A stretch of DNA of 64,000 nucleotides from an uncultured Pigmentiphaga sp. (GCA_937891425.1 CALAGD010000051.1:9956-73955), one strand, 5' to 3'. Positions 18,778 through 29,071 are shown, counted from the first letter of the stretch. Numbers and translations: made by a program. Notes: generated from the sequence alone by a model not told the origin.

Positions 18778-19166
18778 ACTAATAATAAGCGTATGAGTAA
18801 TCCTGGTCAACCTGCCGCGCAGCTGCACCCTGCCCCGGCGGGCGTGTCCAGGCCGTTCCCCGCGCGCGAGCTCTCGAAGTGTCGCGTCCAGAGGCGCGTC
18901 AAACCTGGGCCTGGTCTCACCAGCGAGAGCAGTGCGGGTCAGGAAGCCGCATGACCTCGTGCCGCTTTACACCCCATGATGAATCGAAAGTCCTGAAGTT
19001 CATTCAGAAATTGCTTTTAATATCAAATTATTCTTATAGCAATCATTCTGGTGAAAAACGGGCAAGTAGAGCCTTCCGTGATCTGCCCTTGGGGAAACTC
19101 CGCTACGCAAGTTCGTCGGGTTCGTGTACTTCTGTGAGACTCGTCCAGCCAATAGGAAGTCACGCC

Positions 19167-20078
19167 ATGGAAGTCTCGCCGTCGCTGCCCTCCCCCGTCC
19201 TGCAGAAGCCCTTGCTCGAACCTGCTGAACCCGCGATGCTCGACCGCGAATACAACCCGCGGCTCGCAGTCCCGGACCTGGGCAGGATTTTCGAACGTTG
19301 GGCGCGCGAGGGTGCGGCTGCCCGCGCGCAGTACCACCCGCGCGTCGACCTTGCTTACGGAACCCACGAACGGGAACGGCTCGACTACTTTCCAGCGGTA
19401 CGTGCTACGCCTGGTACGCACCCGCCATTGTGCGTGTTCATCCATGGCGGATACTGGCGCGCCTGCGACAAGTCTGATTTTTCCTGGGTGGCCACGGGCC
19501 TGCTACAGCGTGGGTTCGCGGTTGCAGTCATCGGATATGGGCGAATTCCCGCCTCGCCGCTGGCCACGCTGGTTACCCAGGCGCAGCGCGCGCACGCCTG
19601 GCTTCATGCCCACGCGGACGAACTGGGGTTTGATCGCAATCGCATCGTGACCGCCGGCCACTCGGCAGGTGGACATCTCACCGCGATGATGCTGGCAACG
19701 CGCTGGCCCGAAGTCGACCCCTCACTGCCGCGCCTACTGGTTCGGGGTGGGCTTGCCATCAGCGGCCTGTTCGAACTCGAACCCCTGCGCCATGCACCGT
19801 TCCTGCGTGACGATCTTCAGCTGGATGGCCCGACAGCAGCACAGTTGTCACCTGCACGCCTGGAACCGGCAGCAGGCACCCGGCTGATCACCGCGGTCGG
19901 TGCCTTTGAAAGCGATGCATTCAAACAGCAAAGCCGCCTCCTGACAGACCGGTGGGCAGGCAGTTTTCGCCGCCACATCGAAATACCGGATACGCACCAT
20001 TACGATGTATGCGACGGATTCGCCCACGCAGATTCTCTGCTGTGCATGGCCGTTAACGAACTGCTGGATCCGGATTGA
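19167..20078 (+). CDS. Alpha/beta hydrolase (esterase/arylformamidase-like)
   Basis: Oxyanion HGGYW and nucleophile elbow GHSAGGHL. ATG 19167 is preceded by AGGAAG. The 96-codon upstream extension of the ORF crosses AT-rich promoter-like DNA and is rejected. Confidence 0.7.
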   Translation: MEVSPSLPSPVLQKPLLEPAEPAMLDREYNPRLAVPDLGRIFERWAREGAAARAQYHPRVDLAYGTHERERLDYFPAVRATPGTHPPLCVFIHGGYWRACDKSDFSWVATGLLQRGFAVAVIGYGRIPASPLATLVTQAQRAHAWLHAHADELGFDRNRIVTAGHSAGGHLTAMMLATRWPEVDPSLPRLLVRGGLAISGLFELEPLRHAPFLRDDLQLDGPTAAQLSPARLEPAAGTRLITAVGAFESDAFKQQSRLLTDRWAGSFRRHIEIPDTHHYDVCDGFAHADSLLCMAVNELLDPD

Positions 20079-20109
20079 TCTGCGCACCCGACGCCGGGTT
20101 GCCACCGCA

Positions 20110-21456
20110 CTAGGCAGCGACTACGGGGGTTACCGGTGGGTCCTGTGCCGGACCACCGACATCCGCCGGCGTGGGTGAAGGCGCAGAGGCCGCCTCGGCT
20201 ACCTCCGGTTCGGAGAACGGCGTGGCCCCATCGGGAAGCGTCTCGGGCGCATCAACCAGGGCGACGTCCGCGAGTGTTTGTGCATCAGCCGGTGGTTCCC
20301 CGGATCGGTAGAATGTTTCGCCGACGTACGTCTTGATGATGTCGGACGCCTCCATTGGGCGCGCCAGCAGATAGCCCTGCACCTTTTCGCATCCCAGCTC
20401 GGCAAGCGCGGCCATCTGTTCCTCGGTTTCCACACCTTCGGCTACGACATCGTGGCCCAGGTCGTGGGCGAGCCCGACCAGCGCCGCAGTCACACGCCGG
20501 GCCGCCGGATCGTGCACGAGATCGCTTACGAACGAACGGTCGATCTTGATGACATGGCACGGCATGCGGTTGAGATAACGCAGATGTGCATAGCCGGTTC
20601 CGAAATCGTCAACCGCGATGCGCACGCCCATCGACGCGACGTCGGTGAGCAACTGTCGGGCCCGATTGCGCACGTCGATCATCACCCCTTCCGTGACCTC
20701 CAGCTGCAGACGCTCCGGTGCCAGGCCAGTGATGGCAAGAATGTCGGCAACCTGACGCACGAACTGCCGCCGCATCAGCTGCACTGGCGAGACGTTGACC
20801 GACATGGTCCAGCGCTTCGGCATTTCAGCCGCGAACCGGCTTGCTGTTTCGAGTACCCAATTGCCCAGAGGAATGATGAGCCCGGTTTTCTCTGCCAGTG
20901 CAATGAACTCGTCGGGGGGGATGTCGCCCATGGAAGGATGGCGCCAGCGCAGCAGCGCCTCAAAGCCCGCCACTTCACGCGACGAGAGGAAGAAGATGGG
21001 CTGGTACAGGATGGTGAAGTGCTTGTCGGGCGCCTGCACTGCCAGTTTGAAATCGTGCTCAAGACGCTGTACCCGCACAGGATCCAGCGTGGCAAGAAAG
21101 CGGCTGGCCGCGTCACGGCGGTACGCGCCATAGGTCTGCTCTTCGGCCCGCAGGAGGCGGAAGAGCAGGTATACCGTACCCGGGATGAGGGCGAGCAAGG
21201 TGAGCCCCAGTACCGTGGCTGCCGAGCCGAACAGCGATGCAAGCAGATCCTCGTCGTAAAACCAGGCGAACACCAGAACGGCTGCGGCACCCGCATGCGC
21301 CAGCGCCCAGCCGATGAATCCGTTGCGATGACGCACCTGTACGAGCCAGCCGACCAGCATGACACCGGCCATGATCTCGAGCAGCACCAGGGCGAAGACG
21401 ATCGCAGTAAAAAAGTCCAGCATAGTGGTCTCGGGCCGATGGAACCCGATTCTCAT
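20110..21456 (-). CDS. Membrane-anchored EAL-domain c-di-GMP phosphodiesterase
   Basis: N-terminal multi-TM region followed by a complete EAL catalytic set (EALLRW, QLEVTEG, DDFGTGYA, KIDRSFV, EGVETEEQ, QGYLLARP). Start is either 21456 or ATG 21423. Confidence 0.85.
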   Translation of the reverse strand: MRIGFHRPETTMLDFFTAIVFALVLLEIMAGVMLVGWLVQVRHRNGFIGWALAHAGAAAVLVFAWFYDEDLLASLFGSAATVLGLTLLALIPGTVYLLFRLLRAEEQTYGAYRRDAASRFLATLDPVRVQRLEHDFKLAVQAPDKHFTILYQPIFFLSSREVAGFEALLRWRHPSMGDIPPDEFIALAEKTGLIIPLGNWVLETASRFAAEMPKRWTMSVNVSPVQLMRRQFVRQVADILAITGLAPERLQLEVTEGVMIDVRNRARQLLTDVASMGVRIAVDDFGTGYAHLRYLNRMPCHVIKIDRSFVSDLVHDPAARRVTAALVGLAHDLGHDVVAEGVETEEQMAALAELGCEKVQGYLLARPMEASDIIKTYVGETFYRSGEPPADAQTLADVALVDAPETLPDGATPFSEPEVAEAASAPSPTPADVGGPAQDPPVTPVVAA

Positions 21457-21662
21457 TCAGGTAAACGGATCCAGCGAGTTGCTGCCAGCGTGCCGAAGCG
21501 TGGTACTTCGCACTACGGTGGTTCCTCGCGCTACCGGTGACTTCGCGCGAGACCGCGCCAATTGCCATGACACCGGGCCCGAGGGCCGTAACCGGCGTAC
21601 GCTGCGGGCCGCACCACCAGCCGAGGCAGGGACGAAGTCACCAAGAGACGACGACAGCAAAT

Positions 21663-21686
21663 AAAGGTCGGGTAAATCCGACCTTT
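21663..21686 (-). terminator. Orphan terminator-like hairpin between divergent genes
   Basis: AAAGGTCGG-gtaaat-CCGACCTTT, a 9-bp stem. On the minus strand it is followed by ATTTGCTG, so the stem plus tail is U-rich. No annotated gene ends here. Confidence 0.35.
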
Positions 21687-21888
21687 ACAAAACATTACAT
21701 TACTGAAGCCAGCGAAGTTGGGCAAGCAACCGCGCCAGTTTTCTGGTGCACGATGCCCACCCACGCAACACTTGCAACGCCTGCCAGGCGAACGCGCAGG
21801 CTCCGCCCATCATGCGGGCGTTACTGCCCTCGGCTATATTACCGGAACCCCACGGGTGCGATTTGTCTGGCCATCCCTGTTTCGTTCC

Positions 21889-23157
21889 ATGCGCATTGAT
21901 TCCTCCCCTCCAGCAACGACGTCCGCAATCAGGCCGATTCACGCGTTTGCCATTTTCCTCGCCTTTGCCGCCGGTCATTTTCTTTCGTATGGGCTGCGGT
22001 CCGTCAATGCCACGCTGGCACCCTACCTCATACGGGATCTCAGCCTCACGCCGGCCGACCTGGGGTGGCTCTCGGCAGCCTACTACGTGTCTTTTGCGGC
22101 CATGCAGTATCCGCTCGGCATCTGGCTCGACCGCTACGGCGAACGCATGGTCGAATCGCTACTGCTGCTCATTGCCGCCGCCGGCGCCCTGCTGATCGCG
22201 ATGGGTGACAGTCTTGCGGCACTCTCGTGGGGACGCATCCTGGTAGGCATCGGCGTGTCGGCCTGCCTGATGGCGCCATTCACGTACTTCCGGCGCAATT
22301 TCCCGCCCGAGCGCCAATCGCAGCTGGGCCTGTTGCTGCTGGTGCTCGGTACCAGCGGTGCAGTCACTTCCACCTGGCCAGCTGCCCTGCTCGCACAAAG
22401 CCAGGGGTGGCGCGTGGTCTTTTACATCGTCGCCGTACTGTTGCTGGTCGTGGCCACAGCCATTTTCTTCATCGTGCCGCGCCGCACTCCGGTCGTGGCC
22501 GCGGCTGACCCGGGGCACGCCGAGCAGTCAACACACCCGGCACCAGCCAGCAGACCACGCCCGCTGATCCTGCACCCGTACATTCTGCGCGTCATGCCGC
22601 TGCTCCTCATCGGCCACGGCGGAGGCATCGCCCTGCACACGCTCTGGGCGGGACCTTGGATGACCCAGGTCCTCGACATGGGCGACAACCAGATGGCACG
22701 CACCATGTTCGTTCTGATGGTAACCATGATGCTGTCGTACGTGCTCATGAGCGTGATCACGCCCAGGCTGCAGCGGCGCGGACTGTCGATGCCCTACATC
22801 GCGTACATCGGGCACATCGTCAGCGTTACGCTGGTCATTGCGATCGCACTCTTTCCGGTTGCCGACGCCTGGTGGCTGTGGATGGCGCTTGCTGTGGTCT
22901 TCCCTGCCCTGTCACTCATGCAACCCGGGGTGTCGGTGCTATTTCCGCGCGAGATGGCAGGCCGCGTACTCACGCTGTGCAACCTGTTCATGTTTGGCGG
23001 GGCCTTCATCGTCCAATGGGGTATCGGGCTGATCATCGAAGCCCTGCACATTGCCGGGCTGGGCGACAAGCAGGCCTACCCGGGTGCCCTGCTCATTCTC
23101 GCTACGCTGCATGTCCTGTCGATCATCTGGCTGCGCGTAAAGGGTGGCCAGCGCTGA
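21889..23157 (+). CDS. MFS transporter
   Basis: Roughly 12 TM segments and an MFS-like loop (MQYPLGIWLDRYGER). Start taken at MRIDSS (ATG 21889); the upstream part of ORF 21718.. looks non-coding. Confidence 0.8.
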   Translation: MRIDSSPPATTSAIRPIHAFAIFLAFAAGHFLSYGLRSVNATLAPYLIRDLSLTPADLGWLSAAYYVSFAAMQYPLGIWLDRYGERMVESLLLLIAAAGALLIAMGDSLAALSWGRILVGIGVSACLMAPFTYFRRNFPPERQSQLGLLLLVLGTSGAVTSTWPAALLAQSQGWRVVFYIVAVLLLVVATAIFFIVPRRTPVVAAADPGHAEQSTHPAPASRPRPLILHPYILRVMPLLLIGHGGGIALHTLWAGPWMTQVLDMGDNQMARTMFVLMVTMMLSYVLMSVITPRLQRRGLSMPYIAYIGHIVSVTLVIAIALFPVADAWWLWMALAVVFPALSLMQPGVSVLFPREMAGRVLTLCNLFMFGGAFIVQWGIGLIIEALHIAGLGDKQAYPGALLILATLHVLSIIWLRVKGGQR

Positions 23158-23221
23158 ACGGGGGCAGATGCTTGCCCCGGCCCCATCGGCCACGCGCACA
23201 CATGACGAACGAAGCTGCGCG

Positions 23222-23608
23222 TCAACGTCCAGTGGCTGGTTGCTTGTACGATTCGCCCTGGCTGGGGGATGCATGCCTGCCCATCCCTTGCCCACGGCGG
23301 CGCCGCAGATAGCGCCAGACAAATCCGGGATAGGCACACGTAAGAAAGACCGAGAGCGTAATGGCGTAGAACTCCCAGCCCTGGCTGAAGCGGTTGCCAA
23401 TCTGGCCTTCGAACAGAAAGCCCAGGCCGATCGTCAACGCATAGAAGAACAGTACTTCAAGCAGGCGCACCCAGATCGGCTTGCCCTGCTGGTGCTCGTC
23501 ACGCGCCCGGAACGGAAACACCCCCAGGATGCGCTCCGTAACGAAGGGAATGTTCGCCGCCACCACCATGAGAATGATGACGGCGGCGATGGCCAGAGAC
23601 TGGTTCAC
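23222..23608 (-). CDS. DUF2818-family small membrane protein
   Basis: 128 aa, 4 TM, directly downstream of nuoN. The sequence (MNQSLAIAAVIILMVVAANIPFVTERI...) resembles the DUF2818 proteins that follow nuoN in Burkholderiales (recalled from memory). Confidence 0.6.
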   Translation of the reverse strand: MNQSLAIAAVIILMVVAANIPFVTERILGVFPFRARDEHQQGKPIWVRLLEVLFFYALTIGLGFLFEGQIGNRFSQGWEFYAITLSVFLTCAYPGFVWRYLRRRRGQGMGRHASPSQGESYKQPATGR

Positions 23609-23645
23609 GCTGCGTATGACCCCAACAAGGTCCCGAACCCGGTGC

Positions 23646-25133
23646 TCAGATCAGGATCGATGCGATGGCATGTGCACACAATGCCATCAGGGGACCAGGC
23701 AACAGCCCAAGCACCAGTACGAGCAGGCCGTTGATGGAGAGCACCGAGCGGGCAACGGGCGTGGCTTCGAACGGCCGGTTCGCTGCCTCGACCGGCTCGT
23801 CGAAGTAGGCAAGCTTCACGACGCGCAGGTAGTAGAACGCGCCGATCAGAGAGAACAGCACCGCGACGACTGCGAGCCACAGGTGACCCGCGTGCACCAG
23901 TACCTGCAGGACCGCCAGCTTGGCGTAGAAGCCCACGGTTGGCGGAATGCCGGCCAGCGAAAACATGAGGATGAGGAGCAGGAAGGCGTACCACGGGCTA
24001 CGACGGTTCAGGCCCTTGAGATCATCCAGCGTTTCGGCTTCGAAACCGTCAGCACGAGCCAGCAGAAGAATGATGCCGAAAGTGCCGAGTGTAGTGAGTA
24101 CGTAGGTGACGAGATAGAACAATGCCGCCGAATAGGCCTCCTCGCGATACTCGAACCCGTTGCCGGCCAGCATGCCCAGCAGCACGAACGCCATGTGCGC
24201 AATCGTGGAATATGCCAGCATGCGCTTGAAATTGGTCTGCGCGATGGCGGTGAGGTTACCGATGGCCAGCGACAGCACAGCCAGTACCGCCAGCATCAGT
24301 TCCCAATGCTGGGCCAGCGCAGGCAAGGCCTCGCCCAGCAGGCGCACCACTACGGCAAACGCAGCCAGCTTCGGCGCTGTGCTCACGAGCAGCGTCACCG
24401 GCGTGGGAGCACCATGATAGACATCGGGAACCCACATGTGGAACGGAACCACACCCAGCTTGAAGGCGAGCCCCGCCACCAGGAACACCAACGCGAACAC
24501 CAGTACGAGGTCGAAGCGGGCACTGCCCCCAGGCATCAGTTCGCGCGCGATGGTGGCAAGGTCAAGCGAACCCGTCGCGCCATAAAGCATGGACATGCCA
24601 TACAGCAGGAACCCCGAGGCCAGCGAGCCCAGCACGAAGTACTTCATGGCGGCCTCGATCGAACGCGTCTGGTCACGACGCAAGGCGACTAGGGCGTACA
24701 CCGACAGCGACATCAGCTCCAGGCCCAGGTAGATGGTGAGCAGACTGCCCGCCGATACCATGACCATCTGGCCCAGGGTGGACAACAATGTCAGCACATA
24801 TAGCTCGCCGCCGCGGGTGGTCATGTCGCGCGGCTGCACGTATCCCTGTGCGTACGCGAGGGTGACCATGTTGGCGATGTAGACGCACATCTTCAGCAGG
24901 TACGACAGATCGTCGACCACATACAGGCTGCTGAACGTGGACCCGCTGACGCCGTCGGCCCATTGCACGCCGGTGAGGACCACCAGAATGGCCAGGGTGA
25001 GCTGGGTGAGCCGATACGTGAGCGCGCGACCGCTTCCCTTCAAGAAAGCGTCCACGACAAGGACGCCGCAGGCCAGTATCAGGAGAACGATTTCCGGCGC
25101 TGCCAGGGCGAAGTTGAGGTTCGAATGTTGCAT
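23646..25133 (-). CDS. nuoN: NADH-quinone oxidoreductase subunit N
   Basis: Polytopic antiporter-like subunit and last gene of the nuo array. Start taken at [15 protein letters not shown] (ATG 25133). Confidence 0.93.
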   Translation of the reverse strand: MQHSNLNFALAAPEIVLLILACGVLVVDAFLKGSGRALTYRLTQLTLAILVVLTGVQWADGVSGSTFSSLYVVDDLSYLLKMCVYIANMVTLAYAQGYVQPRDMTTRGGELYVLTLLSTLGQMVMVSAGSLLTIYLGLELMSLSVYALVALRRDQTRSIEAAMKYFVLGSLASGFLLYGMSMLYGATGSLDLATIARELMPGGSARFDLVLVFALVFLVAGLAFKLGVVPFHMWVPDVYHGAPTPVTLLVSTAPKLAAFAVVVRLLGEALPALAQHWELMLAVLAVLSLAIGNLTAIAQTNFKRMLAYSTIAHMAFVLLGMLAGNGFEYREEAYSAALFYLVTYVLTTLGTFGIILLLARADGFEAETLDDLKGLNRRSPWYAFLLLILMFSLAGIPPTVGFYAKLAVLQVLVHAGHLWLAVVAVLFSLIGAFYYLRVVKLAYFDEPVEAANRPFEATPVARSVLSINGLLVLVLGLLPGPLMALCAHAIASILI

Positions 25134-25205
25134 AGTGGGATACACGTCAATTGTCTGCCGGAAGCGGTGCAAGCCACCGCCCCGTATGCGAGCCTGGGCC
25201 GTTAT

Positions 25206-26705
25206 CTACAGTTTCGACACCGAAATATGGTCGAGCAGGGCCTGCACCGACACGTGCATGACGTCGGTGAAGGGCTTGGGATAAATGCCCATGTACAGCA
25301 CGGCGATTGCCATCAGCGCAAGGATGGCGAACTCGCGCCCGTTGATGTCGCTCATGGAAGCGACATGCTCATTGCCGACCTCGCCGAAGTACACCCGTTT
25401 GACCATCCACAGCGAGTACGACGCAGCCAGGATCAGCGACGTTGCCGCCAGCAGGCCGATCCAGAAGTTGTACTCGACTGCACCCATGATGACCATGAAC
25501 TCGCCCACGAACCCGCTAGTGGCCGGCAGCCCGCAGTTGGCCATCGCAAACAGTACGGCAAACGCGGTGAAGCGCGGCATCACGTTGATGACACCACCAT
25601 AATCAGCGATCTGGCGCGAATGCAGGCGGTCGTAAAGTACGCCAATGCAGAAGAACATGGCGCCCGACACGAATCCGTGCGAGATCATCTGGACGATACC
25701 ACCCTCAATGCCTGCCGTATTGAAGATGAAGAAGCCAAGCGTAACGAAGCCCATGTGCGCGACCGACGAATAGGCAACCAGCTTCTTCATGTCTTCCTGA
25801 ACGATCGCCACCAGGCTGATGTAGATGACGGCAATCAGCGACAGCGCGATCATGAGGCCCGACAGTGCCTCGGACGCATCGGGCGTGACGGGCAGCGAGA
25901 AACGCAGGAAACCGTATGCCCCCAGCTTGAGCATGATGGCAGCCAGCACGATGGACCCGCCCGTGGGCGCCTCGACGTGCGCATCAGGGAGCCAGGTGTG
26001 TACCGGCCACATCGGTACCTTGACCGCGAAACCGGCCAGCAGCGCGAGGAAGATCAGGATCTGCGCGGTATAACCAAGAGGCAGCTTGTGCCAGGTCTGG
26101 ATGTCGAAGCTTCCGCCCGAGGCATTCCAGAGATACACGAAGGCCACCAGCATGAGGAGCGAACCGAGCAGCGTATAAAGGAAGAACTTGAACGCTGCAT
26201 AGACGCGGTTGGGCCCGCCCCAGACCCCGATGATGATGTACATCGGAATCAGCGTGGCTTCGAAGAAGAAGTAGAACAGCAGACCGTCGAGTGCCGAGAA
26301 CACACCGATCATGAGGCCTGACAGGATGAGGAAGGCCCCCAGGTACTGCCCGACGCGGCTGGTGATGACCTCCCAGCCGGCCAGCACGACGATGATCGTG
26401 ATGAATGCCGTCAGGAGCACGAACCACAACGAGATGCCGTCGACGCCCAGATGGTAGTAGACGGAAATCGGAGCGATCCACAACGCCTTTTCGACAAATT
26501 GCATGTCGGCTGTGCTGGCGTTGAAGCCGGTATATAGCGGAATGGTAACCAGCAACCCGACCAGGGAGCCCACCAACGCCAGCCAGCGCGCCGGACCCGG
26601 GTTGCTGTCCTTTCCGATGAACAGCACCAGAACGCCAAACACGATCGGCACGAAGATCGCAAGCGTAAGCCAAGGGAATGAGGAAGACACCATTTCGCTT
26701 GCCAT
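25206..26705 (-). CDS. nuoM: NADH-quinone oxidoreductase subunit M
   Basis: 499 aa antiporter-like subunit, positioned between nuoL and nuoN. Confidence 0.95.
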   Translation of the reverse strand: MASEMVSSSFPWLTLAIFVPIVFGVLVLFIGKDSNPGPARWLALVGSLVGLLVTIPLYTGFNASTADMQFVEKALWIAPISVYYHLGVDGISLWFVLLTAFITIIVVLAGWEVITSRVGQYLGAFLILSGLMIGVFSALDGLLFYFFFEATLIPMYIIIGVWGGPNRVYAAFKFFLYTLLGSLLMLVAFVYLWNASGGSFDIQTWHKLPLGYTAQILIFLALLAGFAVKVPMWPVHTWLPDAHVEAPTGGSIVLAAIMLKLGAYGFLRFSLPVTPDASEALSGLMIALSLIAVIYISLVAIVQEDMKKLVAYSSVAHMGFVTLGFFIFNTAGIEGGIVQMISHGFVSGAMFFCIGVLYDRLHSRQIADYGGVINVMPRFTAFAVLFAMANCGLPATSGFVGEFMVIMGAVEYNFWIGLLAATSLILAASYSLWMVKRVYFGEVGNEHVASMSDINGREFAILALMAIAVLYMGIYPKPFTDVMHVSVQALLDHISVSKL

Positions 26706-26709
26706 CTTA

Positions 26710-28743
26710 TTAGATCAGAACAAAGAAGGTTATCAGCGCAAGCACGCCAACGATCATCGAAAAAGCGTAGTGGTAGATGTAGCCCGACTGGAGATGACGG
26801 GATACTGCAGCGATCATGCCGACCACACGCGCGCTACCGTTGATGATGATGCCGTCGAGCAGTCCGCGGTCACCACCTTGCCACAAGCCACGGCCAAGCG
26901 CCTTGGCCCCACGGGCGATGACATTCTCGTTGAACCAGTCGAAGTAGTACTTGTTCTCGAGAATCCTGACGATGCCGGACAGATTGCGACGCAAGGCTGC
27001 CCCGGCCTGCGGACGGTACAGGCAGGTGTACCAGGCGATCACGGCGCCGGCCACGACAAGCCAGAATGGCAGCGTGACGAACCCGTGCAGACCAAACTCG
27101 AGCCAACCGTGGAAATGCGCTGCCAGGGTCGCCATGGCAGGGTGGTCCTTGAAGACCGTGATCACGCCTGAGAAGAAATCGCCGAACAGCATGGGCTTGA
27201 TGGCGATGGCCCCGATGATGACCGACGGGATAGCAAGCAGCACCAGCGGCAGCGTGACGACCCAGGGCGACTCGTGCGGCGTGCCGCCGTGGTGGCCGTG
27301 CTCGTCGGCATGCGCACCGTGCTTGGCGTCAGCCTCGTGTCCGTGCGCTCCTGCCGCGTCACCGAACCGTTCCTTGCCGTGGAACACCACGAAGTACAGG
27401 CGGAACGAGTAGACCGAAGTAACGAATACACCGATCAGCGTGGCGTAATACGCAAAGGAAGCACCCCAGACGTTGGCCGCGTGCGCCGCCTCGATGATGT
27501 GTTCCTTTGAGTAGAAGCCCGAGAAGAACGGCGTTCCCACCAGGGCCAGGGTACCGATCAGGAAGGTGATCCAGGTGATCGGCATGTACTTGCGCATGCC
27601 GCCCATGTTGCGGATGTCCTGGTCGTGATGCATGCCGATGATGACCGAGCCCGCCCCCAGGAACAACAGCGCCTTGAAGAAGGCGTGGGTCATGAGGTGG
27701 AAAATGGCCACCGAGTAGGCCGACGCGCCCAGGGCAACCGTCATGTAACCCAGCTGCGAAAGCGTGGAGTACGCGATCACGCGCTTGATGTCGTACTGGA
27801 TGATGCCCAGGATACCCAGGAACAGTGCGCCGATGGCACCAATCACGATGATGAGCGACAGCACTGTATTGCTGTACTCATAAATGGGAGAGAACCGCGC
27901 GACCATGAAGATACCGGCAGTCACCATGGTAGCCGCGTGGATCAGCGCGGAGATGGGCGTGGGACCTTCCATCGAGTCGGGCAACCAGCTGTGGAGCGGC
28001 ACTTGCGCCGATTTGCCCATGGCACCAACGAACAGCGCTATGCACGCTACGGTAAGAAGTTGCCAGTCGGTGCCCGGGAAGCCGAGGGTAGCCAGCCGGT
28101 CGGCCTGGCTGAAGACCTCCTTGTAGGCGAACGTGCCGGTGTAGGCGTACAGCAGCCCGATGCCCAGGATGAAACCGAAGTCACCCACACGGTTGATCAG
28201 GAACGCCTTGAGGTTGGCGAAGACCGCGGTCGGCCGCGTATACCAGAAGCCGATGAGCAGATAAGACACCAGACCCACGGCTTCCCACCCGAAAAAGAGC
28301 TGGAGCATGTTGTTCGACATGACCAGCATCAGCATCGAGAAGGTGAACAGCGAAATATACGAGAAGAACCGCTGGTAGCCCGGGTCGTCCGCCATGTAGC
28401 CGATGGTGTAGATGTGCACCATCAGCGACACCGACGTGACCACGACCATCATCATGGCGGACAGCGTGTCGATGAGGAAGCCGATCTCGATGCGGACGTT
28501 GCCCAACAGCGTCCAGGTGTAGACCGTACCGTTGAACACCGTGCCGTCGAGCGCCTGCATGAGTGCGATGACCGAACCCACCGCCGAGATGGCTACCCCG
28601 GCGATGGTGATGAGGTGCGACGCACGTCGCCCGATGACGGCCCGGCCAAGCAGGAAGCTGGTACCCAGCGTGCCCGCGATGATGGATGCAACGAGCGGAG
28701 CGAATGCGATCAGCAAATATAGAGAAGGTACACCGTTGTTCAT
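26710..28743 (-). CDS. nuoL: NADH-quinone oxidoreductase subunit L
   Basis: 677 aa antiporter-like subunit with a long C-terminal extension. Confidence 0.95.
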   Translation of the reverse strand: MNNGVPSLYLLIAFAPLVASIIAGTLGTSFLLGRAVIGRRASHLITIAGVAISAVGSVIALMQALDGTVFNGTVYTWTLLGNVRIEIGFLIDTLSAMMMVVVTSVSLMVHIYTIGYMADDPGYQRFFSYISLFTFSMLMLVMSNNMLQLFFGWEAVGLVSYLLIGFWYTRPTAVFANLKAFLINRVGDFGFILGIGLLYAYTGTFAYKEVFSQADRLATLGFPGTDWQLLTVACIALFVGAMGKSAQVPLHSWLPDSMEGPTPISALIHAATMVTAGIFMVARFSPIYEYSNTVLSLIIVIGAIGALFLGILGIIQYDIKRVIAYSTLSQLGYMTVALGASAYSVAIFHLMTHAFFKALLFLGAGSVIIGMHHDQDIRNMGGMRKYMPITWITFLIGTLALVGTPFFSGFYSKEHIIEAAHAANVWGASFAYYATLIGVFVTSVYSFRLYFVVFHGKERFGDAAGAHGHEADAKHGAHADEHGHHGGTPHESPWVVTLPLVLLAIPSVIIGAIAIKPMLFGDFFSGVITVFKDHPAMATLAAHFHGWLEFGLHGFVTLPFWLVVAGAVIAWYTCLYRPQAGAALRRNLSGIVRILENKYYFDWFNENVIARGAKALGRGLWQGGDRGLLDGIIINGSARVVGMIAAVSRHLQSGYIYHYAFSMIVGVLALITFFVLI

Positions 28744-28759
28744 TTTTCCAGTCCGCCGT

Positions 28760-29071
28760 TCAACCCTTGAGCCTGTCGAGCTCGTCTACGTTGATGGAGT
28801 CGAGATTACGGAACAGCAACACCAGAATGGCCAGCCCGATCGCGGCCTCCGTGGCGGCAACAGTCAGGATGAAGAACACGAACACCTGACCCTCAACATT
28901 CCCGCTCCATGCCGAGAACGCCACAAAATTGATGTTGACGGCGAGCAGTACCAGCTCGATGCACATCAGCAGCACGATCAGATTGCGCCGGTTCCAGAAA
29001 ATGCCGAACACGCCAAGCGCGAACAGGATTGCGCCCAGCACCAGGTAGTGGCCAAGGGTGAGCGTCATCAT
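28760..29071 (-). CDS. nuoK: NADH-quinone oxidoreductase subunit K
   Basis: 103 aa, 3 TM ([20 protein letters not shown]...). Confidence 0.95.
   Translation of the reverse strand: MMTLTLGHYLVLGAILFALGVFGIFWNRRNLIVLLMCIELVLLAVNINFVAFSAWSGNVEGQVFVFFILTVAATEAAIGLAILVLLFRNLDSINVDELDRLKG

Noticed and set aside
18879-19166. 96-codon extension upstream of the alpha/beta hydrolase
   Set aside because: It crosses the AT-rich promoter-like island and has no hydrolase similarity. ATG 19167 has an AGGAAG SD.
21359-21664. 101-aa plus-strand ORF whose stop abuts the orphan hairpin (possible small protein)
   Set aside because: It begins antisense inside the EAL gene. The part outside that gene has only about 64% GC at third positions by my count and a basic, disordered composition, so it is more likely non-coding RNA or spacer.
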